Shown here: positions 63,570 through 64,000 of the stretch, piece after piece
Layout: every line of letters begins with the position of its first letter
How positions within the stretch are numbered: position 1 is the stretch's first letter
NCBI RefSeq assembly: GCF_006345805.1
Contig: NC_043021.1
Location: forward strand, 10,106,001 to 10,170,000
DNA length: 64,000 nucleotides
Origin: Octopus sinensis
Taxonomy: Eukaryota
Reading direction: 5' to 3'
Notes under the pieces: generated by a model
What the model was told of the DNA's origin: nothing
The model's input: the letters and a program-made list of their open reading frames with translations, nothing else
Database searches by the model: none
Made by a program: the position numbers and the translations under genes

Positions 63570-64000
63570 GTAAGTTTTATTTTCTTAGTTTAACCTCTCT
63601 CTCTCAATGCAACGCAGCGTATTTCCCTCTGCAAATATGAATTTTTTTTGTACTTATTAATTTCTGCTGTTGACTGTTACCTCTGGTTTACTCTTTTACT
63701 TGTTTCAGTCATTTGACTGCGGCCATGCTGGAGCACCGCCTTTAGTCGAGTAAATCGACCCCAGGACTTATTTATTCTTTGGAAGCCTAGTACTTATTCT
63801 ATTGGTCTCTTTTGCTGAACCGCTAAGTTACAGGGACATAAACACACCACCATTGGTTGTCAAGCGATGTTGGGGGTACAAACACAGACACACAAACATA
63901 CACAAAAAAGCTACTGGGATTGATTCATTCAACTAAAAATTCTAATGGCTGAAACAAGTAAAAGACACCTTATAAGGTGGTACTCCAGCATGGCCTCAGT

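Overview
Animal genomic DNA: AT-rich, intron-rich and dense in microsatellites and transposons. It is inferred to be a coleoid cephalopod (Octopus-like) from the SINE/RTE repeat families and microsatellite style; this was not confirmed by a search. Genes: (1) an intronless UQCC2 (complex III assembly factor 2) CDS on the minus strand at 15970-16323; (2) a tRNA-Pro(TGG) gene at 20482-20553; (3) the 5' part of GMP synthase (GMPS) on the plus strand, with nine spliceable coding exons from 49277 to 63569 (358 codons from the ATG at 49285), continuing past the window, plus a probable first exon and promoter near 36040-36211. The rest is repeats: several tRNA-headed SINE families, RTE, CR1 and Penelope-like retroelement fragments, Mutator-, Tc1/mariner- and piggyBac-type MITEs, Helitron/Helentron pieces, two transposase fossils and a 5S rRNA pseudogene. 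The most interesting unannotated signals are: minimal type-I hammerhead ribozyme motifs in three repeat families, one being a tRNA-headed SINE-like element; an open in-frame Cys-string/Pro-Ala-Ser-Thr extension for GMPS; a 5S-head/SINE-tail chimera; and several long, near-perfect fold-backs that are candidate dsRNA/ADAR substrates. There is no CRISPR array or prokaryotic system. All coordinates and alignments were read by eye, and repeat boundaries are approximate.
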